A stretch of DNA of 64,000 bases from contig CAYQDB010000001.1 in assembly GCA_964416195.1 (NCBI GenBank), positions 26,875 to 90,874 on the forward strand, given 5' to 3'. This document shows, piece by piece, positions 1-10,352 of the stretch. The stretch is from an uncultured Ignavibacteriales bacterium. Lineage in GTDB: Bacteria > Zixibacteria > MSB-5A5 > GN15 > FEB-12. Numbering within the stretch: position 1 is the stretch's first letter; every line of letters begins with the position of its first letter. The notes below the pieces were generated by a model that searched no databases, was not told the DNA's origin, and saw only the letters and a program-made list of their open reading frames with translations. Position numbers and translations under genes: made by a program.

Positions 1-2
1 CG

Positions 3-524
3 AGACACCGGATTGAGCATTTGCAGCTGGTGCGCAGAAAGGACCTGATGCGTATGAAGCGGCTCGGTACGGTGGCCTCCATGCAACCATCGCATTGCCC
101 TTCAGATATTGGTCTGGTGCGCAGATACTGGGGTTCGCATGGCGTCAACGCTTACTTGTTTCGAACGATCATAGACAAGGGCATCGATCTAACTTTTGGT
201 TCTGATGCCCCTATCGAGCCTCTGGACCCAATAGCAGGTATTTCGGCGGCCGTGCGGCGGGCATTGCCAAAAAGCAGGGATGTCTTCTATCCCGGTCAGC
301 GGATAACCGCGAGCGAAGCCCTCTATCGTTTTACCGTTGGGCCGGCTATTGCTGCAGGAGAAGCCGAGCGGCGCGGCCGGCTATTGCCAGGGTATCCTGC
401 CGATTTCGTGGTCCTCTCCGACGACATCGCCAGGGTGGCCGCAAGCAGAATCTATGACACGAGAGTGCTGGCCACGGTGCTTGACGGCCGGGTTAAATAT
501 GTGGACAGCTCGCTCCGGCTGTAA
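3..524 (+). CDS. Amidohydrolase family 3 (YtcJ-like) protein, C-terminal part, truncated by window start
   Basis: Frame is open from base 3 reading RHRIEHLQ; contains ASMQPSH, FGSDAP and PGYPADFVVLS motifs typical of YtcJ-like amidohydrolases. Confidence 0.85.
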   Translation, partial: RHRIEHLQLVRRKDLMRMKRLGTVASMQPSHCPSDIGLVRRYWGSHGVNAYLFRTIIDKGIDLTFGSDAPIEPLDPIAGISAAVRRALPKSRDVFYPGQRITASEALYRFTVGPAIAAGEAERRGRLLPGYPADFVVLSDDIARVAASRIYDTRVLATVLDGRVKYVDSSLRL

Positions 525-582
525 GGCCGCTGCGCGCAACGAGCCGATTATAATTGACATCACAATAAAGAGGAAGCATATT

Positions 583-1974
583 ATGATTATCATGAGCGCT
601 AAGCCCCTTAAATTGTGGACGCTTTTCATCTTTGTTGTTTTTCTGCTACCTGGTATAGCGGCATCGAAGTCGAAGCCGGAAGAGTTACCAAAAGCGTCAA
701 ACGATTCTCTTTCCGGTCAGGTTTCTCCTGCTGAAGAAGATTCGGTTGGCAAAAAAGCGCTTCCGGCGCCTCCGTTGGTTTACACGATGATGATCGACGG
801 CGCTATTGGCACTGTTACCGATGATCGTATCGGCGCCGCGATAGAAACAGCCGAGGACAACGGCGCGGAGCTACTGGTTATATTTCTCGATACGCCGGGT
901 GGGTTCTCCAAACCGACCTGGTCGATTTGCAAGAGAATCCTTAATGCCCGCGTGCCCGTTTGCATATACATTGCACCCTCCGGAGCGCGCGCCGGATCGG
1001 CCGGTGTGTACATGACCTACTCTGCCCACTTCGCCGCGATGGCACATTCGACCAATATCGGCGCCGCTCACCCGGTCTCCGGCACAGGCGAGAAGGTTGA
1101 CTCGTTGATGAATCAAAAGGTAACTAACGACGCGGTGGCCCAGGTAAGAGCCGCCGCGCAAAAGAGGGGAAGAAACGCCGAATGGGCGGAAAAGGCGGTG
1201 CGTGAGTCGGTCTCAATTACGGACCGGGAGGCTCTGGAACTGAACGTTGTCGATATCAGGGCGGAGAACCTTGAGGACTTGCTCAATCAACTGGATGGCC
1301 GGGAGGCCGAACTACCCTTTGGCAAGAAGATAGTTGCGACCAAGGAAGCCAGGACAAAAGAGATCAAGATCTCATTTATCCAAAAGTTCCTTCAGATCAT
1401 AACCCAGCCGGATATTGCCCTTATTTTATTCTCCATAGGCGGGCTGGGAATAGTGCTGGAGCTATATAATCCGGGTTCGATCTTCCCGGGGGTTGTTGGG
1501 GCTATTTCCTTGATTCTGGCCTTTTACTCTTTCCAGACATTACCGATCAACTATGCCGGCCTGGCCTTGATCATACTGGCCATGATACTATTTATAGCAG
1601 AGATAAAAATCATTAGCCATGGGCTGTTGACGATTGGGGGATTAATCTCGTTTTTCCTGGGAGGTATGATGCTTGTAGATACAGTCGATCCTACGTTGCA
1701 AATATCCAAGTCGGTGCTGATTACACTCGTCATCTGTGTTGGGGTGGCCGTGATGCTGGCGGCATGGCTGGTGTGGAAGGCCGCCCGTAACAGACCCTTC
1801 ATCGGGCAGGAAGGGATGGTCGGCAAGATCGCCGAGGTACGGCCCAACGGGTTTGTTTATGTCGACGGCGCTCTGTGGAAGGCCGCTTCCGATGAGGAGT
1901 TCGAAATTGGCAGCAAGGTAAAGATCGTGTCGGTGGAGAATCTGACATTAAAAGTGAAACGAACGGATTCATAA
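583..1974 (+). CDS. nfeD: NfeD-type membrane-bound serine protease (ClpP-class domain, TM helices, C-terminal OB fold)
   Basis: LDTPGG, GARAGSAG and TNIGAAHPV motifs, hydrophobic core, and C-terminal VYVDGALWKA; start moved to ATG 583 after AGAGGA RBS; precedes an SPFH gene as is canonical. Confidence 0.9.
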   Translation: MIIMSAKPLKLWTLFIFVVFLLPGIAASKSKPEELPKASNDSLSGQVSPAEEDSVGKKALPAPPLVYTMMIDGAIGTVTDDRIGAAIETAEDNGAELLVIFLDTPGGFSKPTWSICKRILNARVPVCIYIAPSGARAGSAGVYMTYSAHFAAMAHSTNIGAAHPVSGTGEKVDSLMNQKVTNDAVAQVRAAAQKRGRNAEWAEKAVRESVSITDREALELNVVDIRAENLEDLLNQLDGREAELPFGKKIVATKEARTKEIKISFIQKFLQIITQPDIALILFSIGGLGIVLELYNPGSIFPGVVGAISLILAFYSFQTLPINYAGLALIILAMILFIAEIKIISHGLLTIGGLISFFLGGMMLVDTVDPTLQISKSVLITLVICVGVAVMLAAWLVWKAARNRPFIGQEGMVGKIAEVRPNGFVYVDGALWKAASDEEFEIGSKVKIVSVENLTLKVKRTDS

Positions 1975-1989
1975 GATTGGAGGGATGCT

Positions 1990-2754
1990 ATGAGCTTTCC
2001 TGTTTTTGCAGTAATCGTCTTTTTCGTACTGATACTTCTATTCAACATGCTCAGGATTCTCAGGGAGTACGAGCGTGGCGTGATATTCCGACTGGGCCGT
2101 TTGATTGGCGCCAAGGGGCCGGGGCTGATTATCCTGATCCCGATCGTCGATAAGATGGTACGCGTTGATCTGCGTGTTATTACCTACGATGTCCCCTCAC
2201 AGGACGTCATCACCAGGGACAACGTGTCAGTCAAGGTGAACGCCGTGGTGTATTTCCAGGTAGTGGATGCCAACAAAGCAATAGTATCGGTGGCGAATTT
2301 CTTTGAGGCTACCTCGCAGATTGCCCAGACGACTCTGCGTTCGGTTCTCGGTCAAGTGGAGTTGGACGACCTTTTGACGAACCGCGAAAAGATCAACTCC
2401 GAGTTGCAGCGAATTATTGACGAACAGACTGAGCCGTGGGGAATCAAAGTCTCCGTAGTCGAGGTCAAGAACGTTGACCTGCCGCCTGAGATGCAGCGCG
2501 CTATCGCCAAGCAGGCCGAGGCTGAACGTGAACGACGCGCCAAGGTCATCCATGCCGACGGTGAGTTCCAGGCGTCCCAGAAGCTCGCCGATGCTGCCAC
2601 CGTGATCGCCTCGGCACCCAATGCCATGCAGCTTCGTTTCCTGCAGACGTTGACTGAGGTCGCCACCGAGCGCAACTCCACGCTCATCTTCCCGGTACCG
2701 ATTGACTTGCTGAGTGTGGTAAGAACGTATCTGGAGAAGAAAAGCGGCGAGTAA
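1990..2754 (+). CDS. SPFH/stomatin (slipin) family membrane protein
   Basis: [37 protein letters not shown] and [12 protein letters not shown] motifs. Confidence 0.95.
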   Translation: MSFPVFAVIVFFVLILLFNMLRILREYERGVIFRLGRLIGAKGPGLIILIPIVDKMVRVDLRVITYDVPSQDVITRDNVSVKVNAVVYFQVVDANKAIVSVANFFEATSQIAQTTLRSVLGQVELDDLLTNREKINSELQRIIDEQTEPWGIKVSVVEVKNVDLPPEMQRAIAKQAEAERERRAKVIHADGEFQASQKLADAATVIASAPNAMQLRFLQTLTEVATERNSTLIFPVPIDLLSVVRTYLEKKSGE

Positions 2755-2776
2755 GGCGCAGGGTTGCAAGATGATG

Positions 2777-2800
2777 CCGGCAGATGTGGATATCTGCCGG
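2777..2800. repeat. REP-like palindrome CCGGCAGATGTGGATATCTGCCGG
   Basis: Hairpin; related copies at 12469-12488 (opposite orientation) and 41211-41237. Confidence 0.75.
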
Positions 2801-2873
2801 GCACGTTGCGATCCTGCCATCAGTAAGGACGGGTGGCCCACCGCTTGGGGAGTGTTGAAAAAGTACCCATATT

Positions 2874-2984
2874 GTCATTGCGAGTCCGCCGCAGGCGGAC
2901 GTGGCAATCTCACACGTCGGCGATCCCTATGGGCAACAATGAGATCGCCACGTCGTCCGCCAAAGGCGGACTCCTCGCGATGAC
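2874..2984. repeat. Composite inverted repeat GTCATTGCGAG...GTGGCAATCTC / GAGATCGCCAC...CTCGCGATGAC with internal GTCCGCCnnnGGCGGAC hairpins
   Basis: Imperfect terminal inverted repeats read directly, located between convergent genes. Confidence 0.8.
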
Positions 2985-3078
2985 GGATTTTTTGATACCT
3001 TTTTGCCCTAAAACGTGGTTTATCAACAAGCCTCTTGCGGTGGGTTTAACCTCAAGAGAATCCCACCTGTTGGGTGGG

Positions 3079-3999
3079 CTACAGGCTACCGTTCTTAAGC
3101 AGACGGAATCGGCGCAGCCTTTCAGGATCGCGATTATCGCTGATCTCTGGTGGTGTGATGTTTTCGGTCAAGTGAATCTCAAAAACGCTAGTGTCTGAGG
3201 GCCAACAGTAGAAAGTCAGTCCGTAGGCATAGTACTCCACAGCGATTGCTGCTGGAGGACGTGGGTCCAGCCAGATTGTGTCCGGTTCCCCCCAAGCGCT
3301 TCTCAAGGAGTCAATCGGAGAACCGACACCGATACCTTCCGCTGTAGTTCCGGTGTATATTGTGTTAACGATAACTCCGTAAATGCTCGATGTGTCGTAG
3401 ATAACCCCATTAGTGTCGAGATCATAGACCATCGCTACAACACCCAGGGCTGCTTCGTAGTTCACATAGATGATTTCTGAACTGTCGAAAACATCGACAG
3501 ACGCTGGTATCCCGTTGAAGTGCTTCACATCGGTATACGTGTCGTCAAACAGAACATATTGCGCCTGGCCGTGCTCACCAGGGATTAATGTGTTGGCCCG
3601 AAACTGGATATCAAGAGAGTCAACGTTTTCAACGACCAAGCGGATTGCAGAATGACCCGAGTCGCCAGTAAAGGCGTACCAGAAACCGGCTGTTCCAGAT
3701 GATGAGTCGGTTATGATCGAGCGGTGGCTGAGTTCGCCATCGCCTTCTAATGGACACAATTGGATTTGCTGGTTGGGCAGGTAGTTGTCGTTCTTATCTG
3801 CTACTGCAAATTGCAAAACTGTGTCAGGGATGGTATCGCCCATAACCCCCTTGTAATACAGGCCATTTATAGCGAAAATCTTCGCCGGGCTACCCGGTCC
3901 GACCGGGCCGTTATCATCATCTCCGCAGCTTATTAAAAAGCCGAAGCACATAATCCCGGCAGCAAGCAGTGAAATAATAATTCTTATAGCATATATCAT
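3079..3999 (-). CDS. Hypothetical lipoprotein
   Basis: 306-aa ORF; hydrophobic N-terminus with lipobox-like LISC followed by GDDD; stop-start overlap with upstream gene. Confidence 0.7.
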   Translation of the reverse strand: MIYAIRIIISLLAAGIMCFGFLISCGDDDNGPVGPGSPAKIFAINGLYYKGVMGDTIPDTVLQFAVADKNDNYLPNQQIQLCPLEGDGELSHRSIITDSSSGTAGFWYAFTGDSGHSAIRLVVENVDSLDIQFRANTLIPGEHGQAQYVLFDDTYTDVKHFNGIPASVDVFDSSEIIYVNYEAALGVVAMVYDLDTNGVIYDTSSIYGVIVNTIYTGTTAEGIGVGSPIDSLRSAWGEPDTIWLDPRPPAAIAVEYYAYGLTFYCWPSDTSVFEIHLTENITPPEISDNRDPERLRRFRLLKNGSL

Positions 4000-4682
4000 G
4001 GTCTAAAGTAGTACTTAAGCCCTACGCCGAAGTTCAGGTAGCGGGGTCTCTGGTCGGAGCCGAGTAAATCGACGCTGTTGATCGAAGAGAGAGTCACAAA
4101 AGACCTGTTTTTGGGTGCTCCCCAGAGCTTGAAATCGGCCCCGAAATTGAGACTGGCAGCAAGAGTGACCCAGTTCTCCGATTCGTAACCGCTGGCTGTC
4201 TGGGAAGTTATGCCGCCATGGAAACCGATACCGATATACGGCGAGATCGGCGCCGTGGCGATGTTCGCCGCCAGGAAGTTCAAATTGAAATCGATGTCGT
4301 ACTGATGAAACGAAGGTTTGATAGGAGAGAATATATAAGAAATGGTAGGATCGACGACAAAAGTATCCAGAGTTTCGATCTTCGTATACCTGAAGCCTAT
4401 ACTGTACAACAGATGTCCCCTGCGAAGCTGCCCGTAAGTGATGCCCAGGTGAAAAGAGGGGTCATACACACGGTCGGCGTCGACGTCGACTATAATCCCC
4501 GCATTATTTATGAAATCGATTGTACCTATCCTACTGTAACTCCCGATAGGTGTTGAGTAGCCCACGTAAGTCTCAATGACGTTCCACTGCTTGGCCACCC
4601 GTCTTATCCGCGCCTCGGCCATTGAGCTCATGGTTAAGACCAAAGCAAGCAACAGCACCGCCAGTCTTATTATCCTTGACAT
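3996..4682 (-). CDS. Outer-membrane beta-barrel protein (OmpA/porin-like)
   Basis: Signal peptide MSRIIRLAVLLLALVLTMSSMAEA, alternating aromatic beta-strands, C-terminal GVGLKYYF; GGGAG RBS before ATG 4682. Confidence 0.75.
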   Translation of the reverse strand: MSRIIRLAVLLLALVLTMSSMAEARIRRVAKQWNVIETYVGYSTPIGSYSRIGTIDFINNAGIIVDVDADRVYDPSFHLGITYGQLRRGHLLYSIGFRYTKIETLDTFVVDPTISYIFSPIKPSFHQYDIDFNLNFLAANIATAPISPYIGIGFHGGITSQTASGYESENWVTLAASLNFGADFKLWGAPKNRSFVTLSSINSVDLLGSDQRPRYLNFGVGLKYYFRP

Positions 4683-4813
4683 AGTATCTCCCGTTGTTTT
4701 CAAGTCGAACTCTTTTTCGCAATTCAAGAGGCAAAAGTTCCTGTCTTTTTTACACTTTAGGGGACAAATCGCCCCAATTTACCGCCAAGATTGAGCCTAC
4801 AGCATAATTTACA

Positions 4814-4841
4814 TTGCCAACGTGAAAAGACAATTTATATT
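4814..4841 (+). promoter_or_regulatory. Putative sigma-70 promoter for hbd-ackA
   Basis: TTGCCA-16 nt-TATATT in a divergent AT-rich intergenic region. Confidence 0.45.
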
Positions 4842-4898
4842 TGCTGTGACTAGGTATAGTTTAATAGGTATCTAATTTGGTTGAAAGGCATAAAACGA

Positions 4899-5789
4899 AT
4901 GGCTGCAGCTGAGATTGTAATTATCGGGGCTGGGGTAATGGGACGAGGCCTGGCGGAGGCGGTCTCAACCTCCGGTCATGAGGTTATTCTCTTAGATAAG
5001 ACGACCAAGCTTGCCGAACGAGGTATCAGGGGCATTGCGGAATCGATTGACCGTGAAATCCACAAATGGGGATTGACGCAGTCCGACAAAAAAGCCATCC
5101 TGGCGCGTATTTCCCCTTCATCGGATCTGTCGCAGGCTGAGGACGCCGAGATAATCTTTGAAGCAATTCCCGAAAACCTCGATATGAAGCGTTCCCTCTT
5201 TGAAAAACTCGACACGATTTGTAAACCGGATGCGGTTCTGGTCACGAATACCGGGACATTATCTATATCGGAGATTGCCGCTGTAACTTCGCGTCCCGGA
5301 AAGATTATCGGGATGCATTTTCTGAACCCGGTAACCAAGATTCCCCTGGTTGAGATTGTTAAGGGACTCAAGACGGATGAAGAGACGTTCCAGAAAGCTG
5401 TAGAATTTGCTGAGCTCTTGAACAAAAAGTGGATAACGGTCATTGAATATCCCGGATATGTAACTACCCGAATTGTCGTGCCACTCTTGAACGAAGCGAT
5501 GCACGTACTGATGGAAGGTGTGGCCACTGCTGATGATATCGATGAGGCGATGAAACTCGGATTTGGATTCAACGTCGGCCCGTTGGCGCTGGCCGACATG
5601 ATGGGGCTGGACGTGGTCATGTCGTGGATGGAAAACCTGCTCAAGGAACTCCACGACCACAAGTACAACCCATGTCCAGTGCTAAGGAAGCTTGTTCGAG
5701 CGAGACACCTGGGTGTGAAAACAGGCAAGGGCTTTTTCGAGTACGATGCTGACGGCAACAGGATTCCACCGAAGGAAGAAATGAAATAG
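4899..5789 (+). CDS. hbd: 3-hydroxybutyryl-CoA / 3-hydroxyacyl-CoA dehydrogenase
   Basis: Rossmann IIGAGVMG, EAIPENLDMK, GMHFLNP, GPLALADMMGLD and LGVKTGKGFFEY motifs. Confidence 0.92.
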   Translation: MAAAEIVIIGAGVMGRGLAEAVSTSGHEVILLDKTTKLAERGIRGIAESIDREIHKWGLTQSDKKAILARISPSSDLSQAEDAEIIFEAIPENLDMKRSLFEKLDTICKPDAVLVTNTGTLSISEIAAVTSRPGKIIGMHFLNPVTKIPLVEIVKGLKTDEETFQKAVEFAELLNKKWITVIEYPGYVTTRIVVPLLNEAMHVLMEGVATADDIDEAMKLGFGFNVGPLALADMMGLDVVMSWMENLLKELHDHKYNPCPVLRKLVRARHLGVKTGKGFFEYDADGNRIPPKEEMK

Positions 5790-5809
5790 AACAGGATAGG
5801 AAAAACGCG

Positions 5810-7018
5810 ATGAAAGTATTAGTCATCAACTGTGGCTCATCTTCAGTCAAGTATCAACTCATTGACACTGACACCGAAACCGCTCTGGCGAAGGGGGTGG
5901 TCTCCCGTATTGGGATGTCCGCCTCGGTTTTGACCCATAAGCCTTTCGACCGTCCCGAAGTAAAGGTATCGGGAGAGATTCTCGACCATATCGTGGCTGT
6001 TGAGTATGTTGTTTCGATGCTGATGTCAGCTAACCACGGCGTCATAAAAGACTGCTCGGAGATCACGGCTATAGGACACCGCGTTGTCCACGGAGGTGAG
6101 AGATTTACTGATTCGGTGCTCATTACGCCGGAACTTATGCGAGAGCTTCGTAACTTGATAGAGCTGGCTCCTTTACACAATCCCCACAACATCCGCGGGA
6201 TCAATGCCTGCGATAAGACTCTCCCGGGCATTCCCCAGGTGGCGGTGTTTGACACTGCGCTCCATCACTTGATGCCGCCATATGCATATATCTATGGGAT
6301 TCCTTATGTTCTCTACAAGCGGTATGGCATCCGTCGCTATGGATTTCACGGTATGTCCCATCGCTGCGTGAGCCAGCGAGCAGTTGCTATGATAGGTAAG
6401 CCAATAACCGAGCTAAAGATCATTACATGTCATCTGGGCAATGGCGCCTCGGTTACGGCCTTTGACGGCGGCGTTTCTATTGATACCTCGATGGGGTTTA
6501 CTCCGCTTGAGGGGCTTTTGATGGGTACCCGCTCGGGTGATCTGGACCCGGCTGTTATCCTGCACCTTATGGCCCGGGAAGAGCTGAGTCTGCACGAAGC
6601 CAATACGCTATTAAACAAGCATTCTGGGTTGGCTGGCGTATCGGGCGTATCATCCGATGTCCGGGAAATTGTAGGGGCCGTTAACGAAGGCAACGCCAAC
6701 GCCAAACTGGCCCTGGATATCTACTGCTACCGGTTGAAAAAGTACATTGGCGCTTATGCCGCGGCTCTGAACGGTCTGGACGTGCTTGTCTTTACCGCCG
6801 GAGTAGGCGAGAACTCAGCCGAGGTGCGCAGCATGACTTGCCAGAACCTTGAATTCCTCGGTATTGCCCTGGACGAGGCCAAGAACAAAGAGACCAAGGC
6901 TACTGAAACCGACATTTCCACCCCGGATAGCAGAGCCCGGGTGCTGGTGATTCCCACTAACGAGGAACTGGTCATAGCTAAGGATACCCAGAGGATCGTA
7001 GAAGAGCAGGAAACGTAG
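5810..7018 (+). CDS. ackA: Acetate kinase
   Basis: INCGSSSVKY, GHRVVHGG, APLHNP, RRYGFHG, CHLGNGAS, MGTRSGDLDP and IPTNEELVIA motifs. Confidence 0.97.
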   Translation: MKVLVINCGSSSVKYQLIDTDTETALAKGVVSRIGMSASVLTHKPFDRPEVKVSGEILDHIVAVEYVVSMLMSANHGVIKDCSEITAIGHRVVHGGERFTDSVLITPELMRELRNLIELAPLHNPHNIRGINACDKTLPGIPQVAVFDTALHHLMPPYAYIYGIPYVLYKRYGIRRYGFHGMSHRCVSQRAVAMIGKPITELKIITCHLGNGASVTAFDGGVSIDTSMGFTPLEGLLMGTRSGDLDPAVILHLMAREELSLHEANTLLNKHSGLAGVSGVSSDVREIVGAVNEGNANAKLALDIYCYRLKKYIGAYAAALNGLDVLVFTAGVGENSAEVRSMTCQNLEFLGIALDEAKNKETKATETDISTPDSRARVLVIPTNEELVIAKDTQRIVEEQET

Positions 7019-7050
7019 TATCGCGATGACAACATACGTGACAATCGAAT

Positions 7051-7087
7051 GCGGTGAGAGTTTTGTGCTCTTACCGCTTGTTTTTTT
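7051..7087 (+). terminator. Rho-independent terminator after ackA
   Basis: GCGGTGAGAG-loop-CTCTTACCGC stem followed by a T-run. Confidence 0.8.
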
Positions 7088-7313
7088 CCGAGACACATAT
7101 CTACAACTGACGTGACGCACGTATTGGAACTGGGGCTTTAAGTGAGTGACTCCAGCTCCCCATGAGCTGTATACATCCAATCTGTTGTTGCTTCTTGAAT
7201 CAAGAGGTATTAATTGGATGAGAGAGTTGCCTCCCGCGACGGGCGTGAGGAAAGAATGCAAGACTCTGCCATGCGAAGGGATATGTCAAATGTATTTCGA
7301 GGCTCTATGACGT

Positions 7314-8342
7314 ATGGAACTACGTGAATCCAAATTCGAGCTGGCAATTGTTATGCCGGTGCTCAATGAAGAGAAATTCATCGGCCAGACGCTCGAACAG
7401 ATCTATATGCAGGACTATCCCATGGACAAGGTGGAAATAGTCATTGCCGATGGCGGATCATCGGATCGCACCCGCGAAATCGCCGAGTCATTCAAAAACA
7501 GGTTTGGGTCACTGAAGGTGCTGGACAATCCAGTGCGTCGCCCTTCCTCGGGCAGGAATGTCGGGATAAGGAACACAACTGCTCCATACATAGCGGTTCT
7601 CGATGGGCATATTTACCTTCCCAGCAAGAGGCTTCTGCGGGATATTGTCGATCTTTTTCAGGCGACCGGAGCGAAATGCCTGTGCCGACCGCAGCCACTA
7701 AGGCCGCCGGATGTCAATGAGTTCGAAACCGCGATCGCACTCTGCCGGGGGTCGGCGCTGGGACACAAGCCGGGATCGGAGATTTATTCCGAGTTTGAGG
7801 GGGAAGTCGATCCCACTTCGTCCGGTGCGATGTATGCCCGATCGGTCTTTGGAGAAATAGGCTATTTTGATGAGAACTTCGATGCCTGCGAAGATGTTGA
7901 TTTCGGCTACCGAATCAAGAAAGCCGGGCTCAAGTCGTTCCTTTCACCCCGGTTGAAGACCTTCTACTATCCTCGATCCAATATTGGCGGACTATGGCGG
8001 CAGATGGTTCGCTACGGCAAGGGAAGGTTTCGCTTTGCTTTCAAGCACCGGGAGTTCTCGGTCATTCAATGGTTGGCCGGCGCTGGCGTATTTGTTTTTT
8101 TAGCGTTGTTGCTTCTCTCGTTGTTTTCTTCTGGAATTGCGTCAGTTTTCAGGACTGTGACGGCGTTATATCTGCTCATGGTGGTTTTCTATTCGCTGTT
8201 CTTGGCTATCAAGGAGAAGCATGCTGGGTGTTTGCTTTACGGCCCCCTGTTTTTCCCTACGATTCACTTTGGCCTGGGGACAGGTTTTCTGTCGGGGCTG
8301 TACGAACAAGCCGTAAAACGAAAGGTTACTTCCACCTCATGA
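7314..8342 (+). CDS. Glycosyltransferase family 2 with C-terminal TM helices (ExoA-like)
   Basis: VMPVLNEE, IADGGSSD, GRNVG, VLDGH and ACEDVDF motifs. Confidence 0.9.
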   Translation: MELRESKFELAIVMPVLNEEKFIGQTLEQIYMQDYPMDKVEIVIADGGSSDRTREIAESFKNRFGSLKVLDNPVRRPSSGRNVGIRNTTAPYIAVLDGHIYLPSKRLLRDIVDLFQATGAKCLCRPQPLRPPDVNEFETAIALCRGSALGHKPGSEIYSEFEGEVDPTSSGAMYARSVFGEIGYFDENFDACEDVDFGYRIKKAGLKSFLSPRLKTFYYPRSNIGGLWRQMVRYGKGRFRFAFKHREFSVIQWLAGAGVFVFLALLLLSLFSSGIASVFRTVTALYLLMVVFYSLFLAIKEKHAGCLLYGPLFFPTIHFGLGTGFLSGLYEQAVKRKVTSTS

Positions 8343-8368
8343 TACTTGAAGGTTGGTGATAGTAGCTC

Positions 8369-9607
8369 ATGTTGTCCACATACAGTTATAGCGCTCTGAA
8401 TACCTTCCGCACCTGCCCACGGAAGTTCAAGTTTCAATATGTAGAGAAGCTCGATGTTCCCAAGCGAGTCACCGCTGACACTTATCTCGGTAATGCCGTC
8501 CACCGTACGCTGGCCAGGCTCTATCAACTCGGTTCGGACGGTATTGTGTGGCCGCTTGAGGATACGATCTTATTCTATCGAGACGAGTGGGAAAAGCTCG
8601 ATCGCAAGACCATAACCCTGATCGACGAATACCATACAGTTGATGACTACATCCGGCTTGGAGAGGAGATGCTTGCCAGATACTATGAGCGCTACCAACC
8701 GTTTGACGAGGGGACACTTCTGGGAACGGAACTTCGCTTGCGCCTTTCACTCCCGGACACGCCCTTCAAGTTTACGGCTATCATTGACCGGCTGTGGAAG
8801 CGTGATGACGGTGTCGTAGAGATCCGCGATTACAAAACGGGACGGCGCCTGGCGAAGCCACATGAAGAGGCTTTTTTGTACCAGATGGGTTTGTACCAGC
8901 TTGCCGTGCAGGAGAATTATCCGCAATTTGAGAAGATCGAACTGGCCCAGCATTTTCTGCGCATGGATGAAGTCGTCAGCTACCGGATGCGCCTCGATGA
9001 ACTGGAAGAGTTGACGGAGGATATCAGGGTGACCGTCGTAGAGGCTATTGAGGCTGAGCGGCTCGACGAATTCCCGCCGAAAGAAAGCCCCCTTTGTCAT
9101 TACTGTGCTTACTCTTCTCTCTGTCCGGCGAAAAGGCATCAATTGACATTGGAGGAGGCCAAACGCCAGTCAGTTGATTCAGGGCGAACCCCTGAAGAAG
9201 AGGCTTATGAACTAGCGACGAGATTCATTGAAGTCGACAGGAATAAGAAACAGCTTGAAGCCGAACACAAGGTACTGAAGAGTGAGCTCATTGAGACAGC
9301 CAGGGTGATGGATGTGACGAAGATCGTTGGAGAAAACGGCGATATCCGTGTTACTTTTGACCCGAAGGAGGAGTTCGTTACTAAGACAAAAGCGCCCGGG
9401 GAATTTGCTGAGCTGTCACATTTGGCGCGGCAATTGGATTTGGACGAGTATTTCGTTCTGGATGGAAAAGCTCTTATGAAGGATGTGTACCGAAAACGCA
9501 GGCTTGACGAAGAAGAACTGGTGAAGCTGAAGGAGTTTGTCGTCGAGGCAGAACATCCGCGCGTCACAGCCAAGCTGAAGCAGGAGAGAGAGTCAGGGGA
9601 GGACTGA
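8369..9607 (+). CDS. PD-(D/E)XK RecB-family nuclease with probable Fe-S cysteine set
   Basis: YSYSALNTFRTCP, GNAVH, IIDRL...IRDYKTG, QMGLYQLA and CHYCAYSSLC. Confidence 0.85.
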   Translation: MLSTYSYSALNTFRTCPRKFKFQYVEKLDVPKRVTADTYLGNAVHRTLARLYQLGSDGIVWPLEDTILFYRDEWEKLDRKTITLIDEYHTVDDYIRLGEEMLARYYERYQPFDEGTLLGTELRLRLSLPDTPFKFTAIIDRLWKRDDGVVEIRDYKTGRRLAKPHEEAFLYQMGLYQLAVQENYPQFEKIELAQHFLRMDEVVSYRMRLDELEELTEDIRVTVVEAIEAERLDEFPPKESPLCHYCAYSSLCPAKRHQLTLEEAKRQSVDSGRTPEEEAYELATRFIEVDRNKKQLEAEHKVLKSELIETARVMDVTKIVGENGDIRVTFDPKEEFVTKTKAPGEFAELSHLARQLDLDEYFVLDGKALMKDVYRKRRLDEEELVKLKEFVVEAEHPRVTAKLKQERESGED

Positions 9608-9656
9608 GCAGGTCGTCTCCAATCTGTATTAGTCTTGTAATCCCGACAAATATATG

Positions 9657-9689
9657 AAAAAACGCCCGAGTACAGACCGGGCGTTTCTT
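9657..9689. terminator. Bidirectional terminator between convergent genes
   Basis: AAAAAACGCCCG-loop-CGGGCGTTTCTT. Confidence 0.8.
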
Positions 9690-9715
9690 ACTGTAAGTGG
9701 TATTTTCTGTGCAGG

Positions 9716-10288
9716 TTACTTCTCTTCCCGCGCCACGAAAGCAGGGATGATCTCAAGCTTCTTGCTCATGTGAACCGGTACAGTATCGGCTTTTTCATCG
9801 AGTTGGGAACGGTCGGCTATTACCAGCAGCGAGTTGTTAGGATGCAGAGTGGTTGTGTCGATCGCAAGTTTTTCGATCGGCTTGTTTTCCACCGATGAGA
9901 CATAGACGGTAACAAGCCGCCCGCTGCCTGGGGTAAGCATATTGTGCGTGGGACCGATATTTGCGATCATCCCCAGCATTACGGACTGAATAGCGGTGTC
10001 GGGACGGAACCCCTTATATGCGAACTTTTCAACCCGTCCGCCGGTGTATACCGCTGAGTCAGCAACGATTCGGGTAAGACCGGCTGTCATTTTCAATGGA
10101 ACGGAGAGACCTATAACTGATTCATCGTTGGTATAAGAAACCGTAATGGTCCAGTTGGAATTATCGATCTTGGCGATATCGGCATAGACTGTGTCGGGCT
10201 TGCCGAAGTAGTCAACCTGCGCCGATACAAGCATTGGCGCCATGAGCACAATAACTGCACCAGTGACTGCCTTTAATGTTGGTTTCAT
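9716..10288 (-). CDS. Secreted hypothetical protein with cohesin-like beta-sandwich
   Basis: Signal peptide ending VSA-Q; GKPDTV, GLSVPLK and PGSGRLVTVY patterns recalled for cohesin-like domains. Confidence 0.6.
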   Translation of the reverse strand: MKPTLKAVTGAVIVLMAPMLVSAQVDYFGKPDTVYADIAKIDNSNWTITVSYTNDESVIGLSVPLKMTAGLTRIVADSAVYTGGRVEKFAYKGFRPDTAIQSVMLGMIANIGPTHNMLTPGSGRLVTVYVSSVENKPIEKLAIDTTTLHPNNSLLVIADRSQLDEKADTVPVHMSKKLEIIPAFVAREEK

Positions 10289-10352
10289 CTTTCCTCCGGT
10301 TAGTTTGGATTTCCTTATCTCAAATTTCTACACTTTGTCTTACCAAAGAGTT

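Noticed and set aside
337-582. ORF-track N-terminal extension of nfeD
   Set aside because: Overlaps the amidohydrolase; RBS and signal peptide point to ATG 583
4976-5758. 260-aa antisense ORF within hbd
   Set aside because: Shadow frame rich in Ser with no family features
8369-9607. Cas4 of a CRISPR-Cas locus
   Set aside because: No cas1/cas2 or repeat-spacer array anywhere in the window
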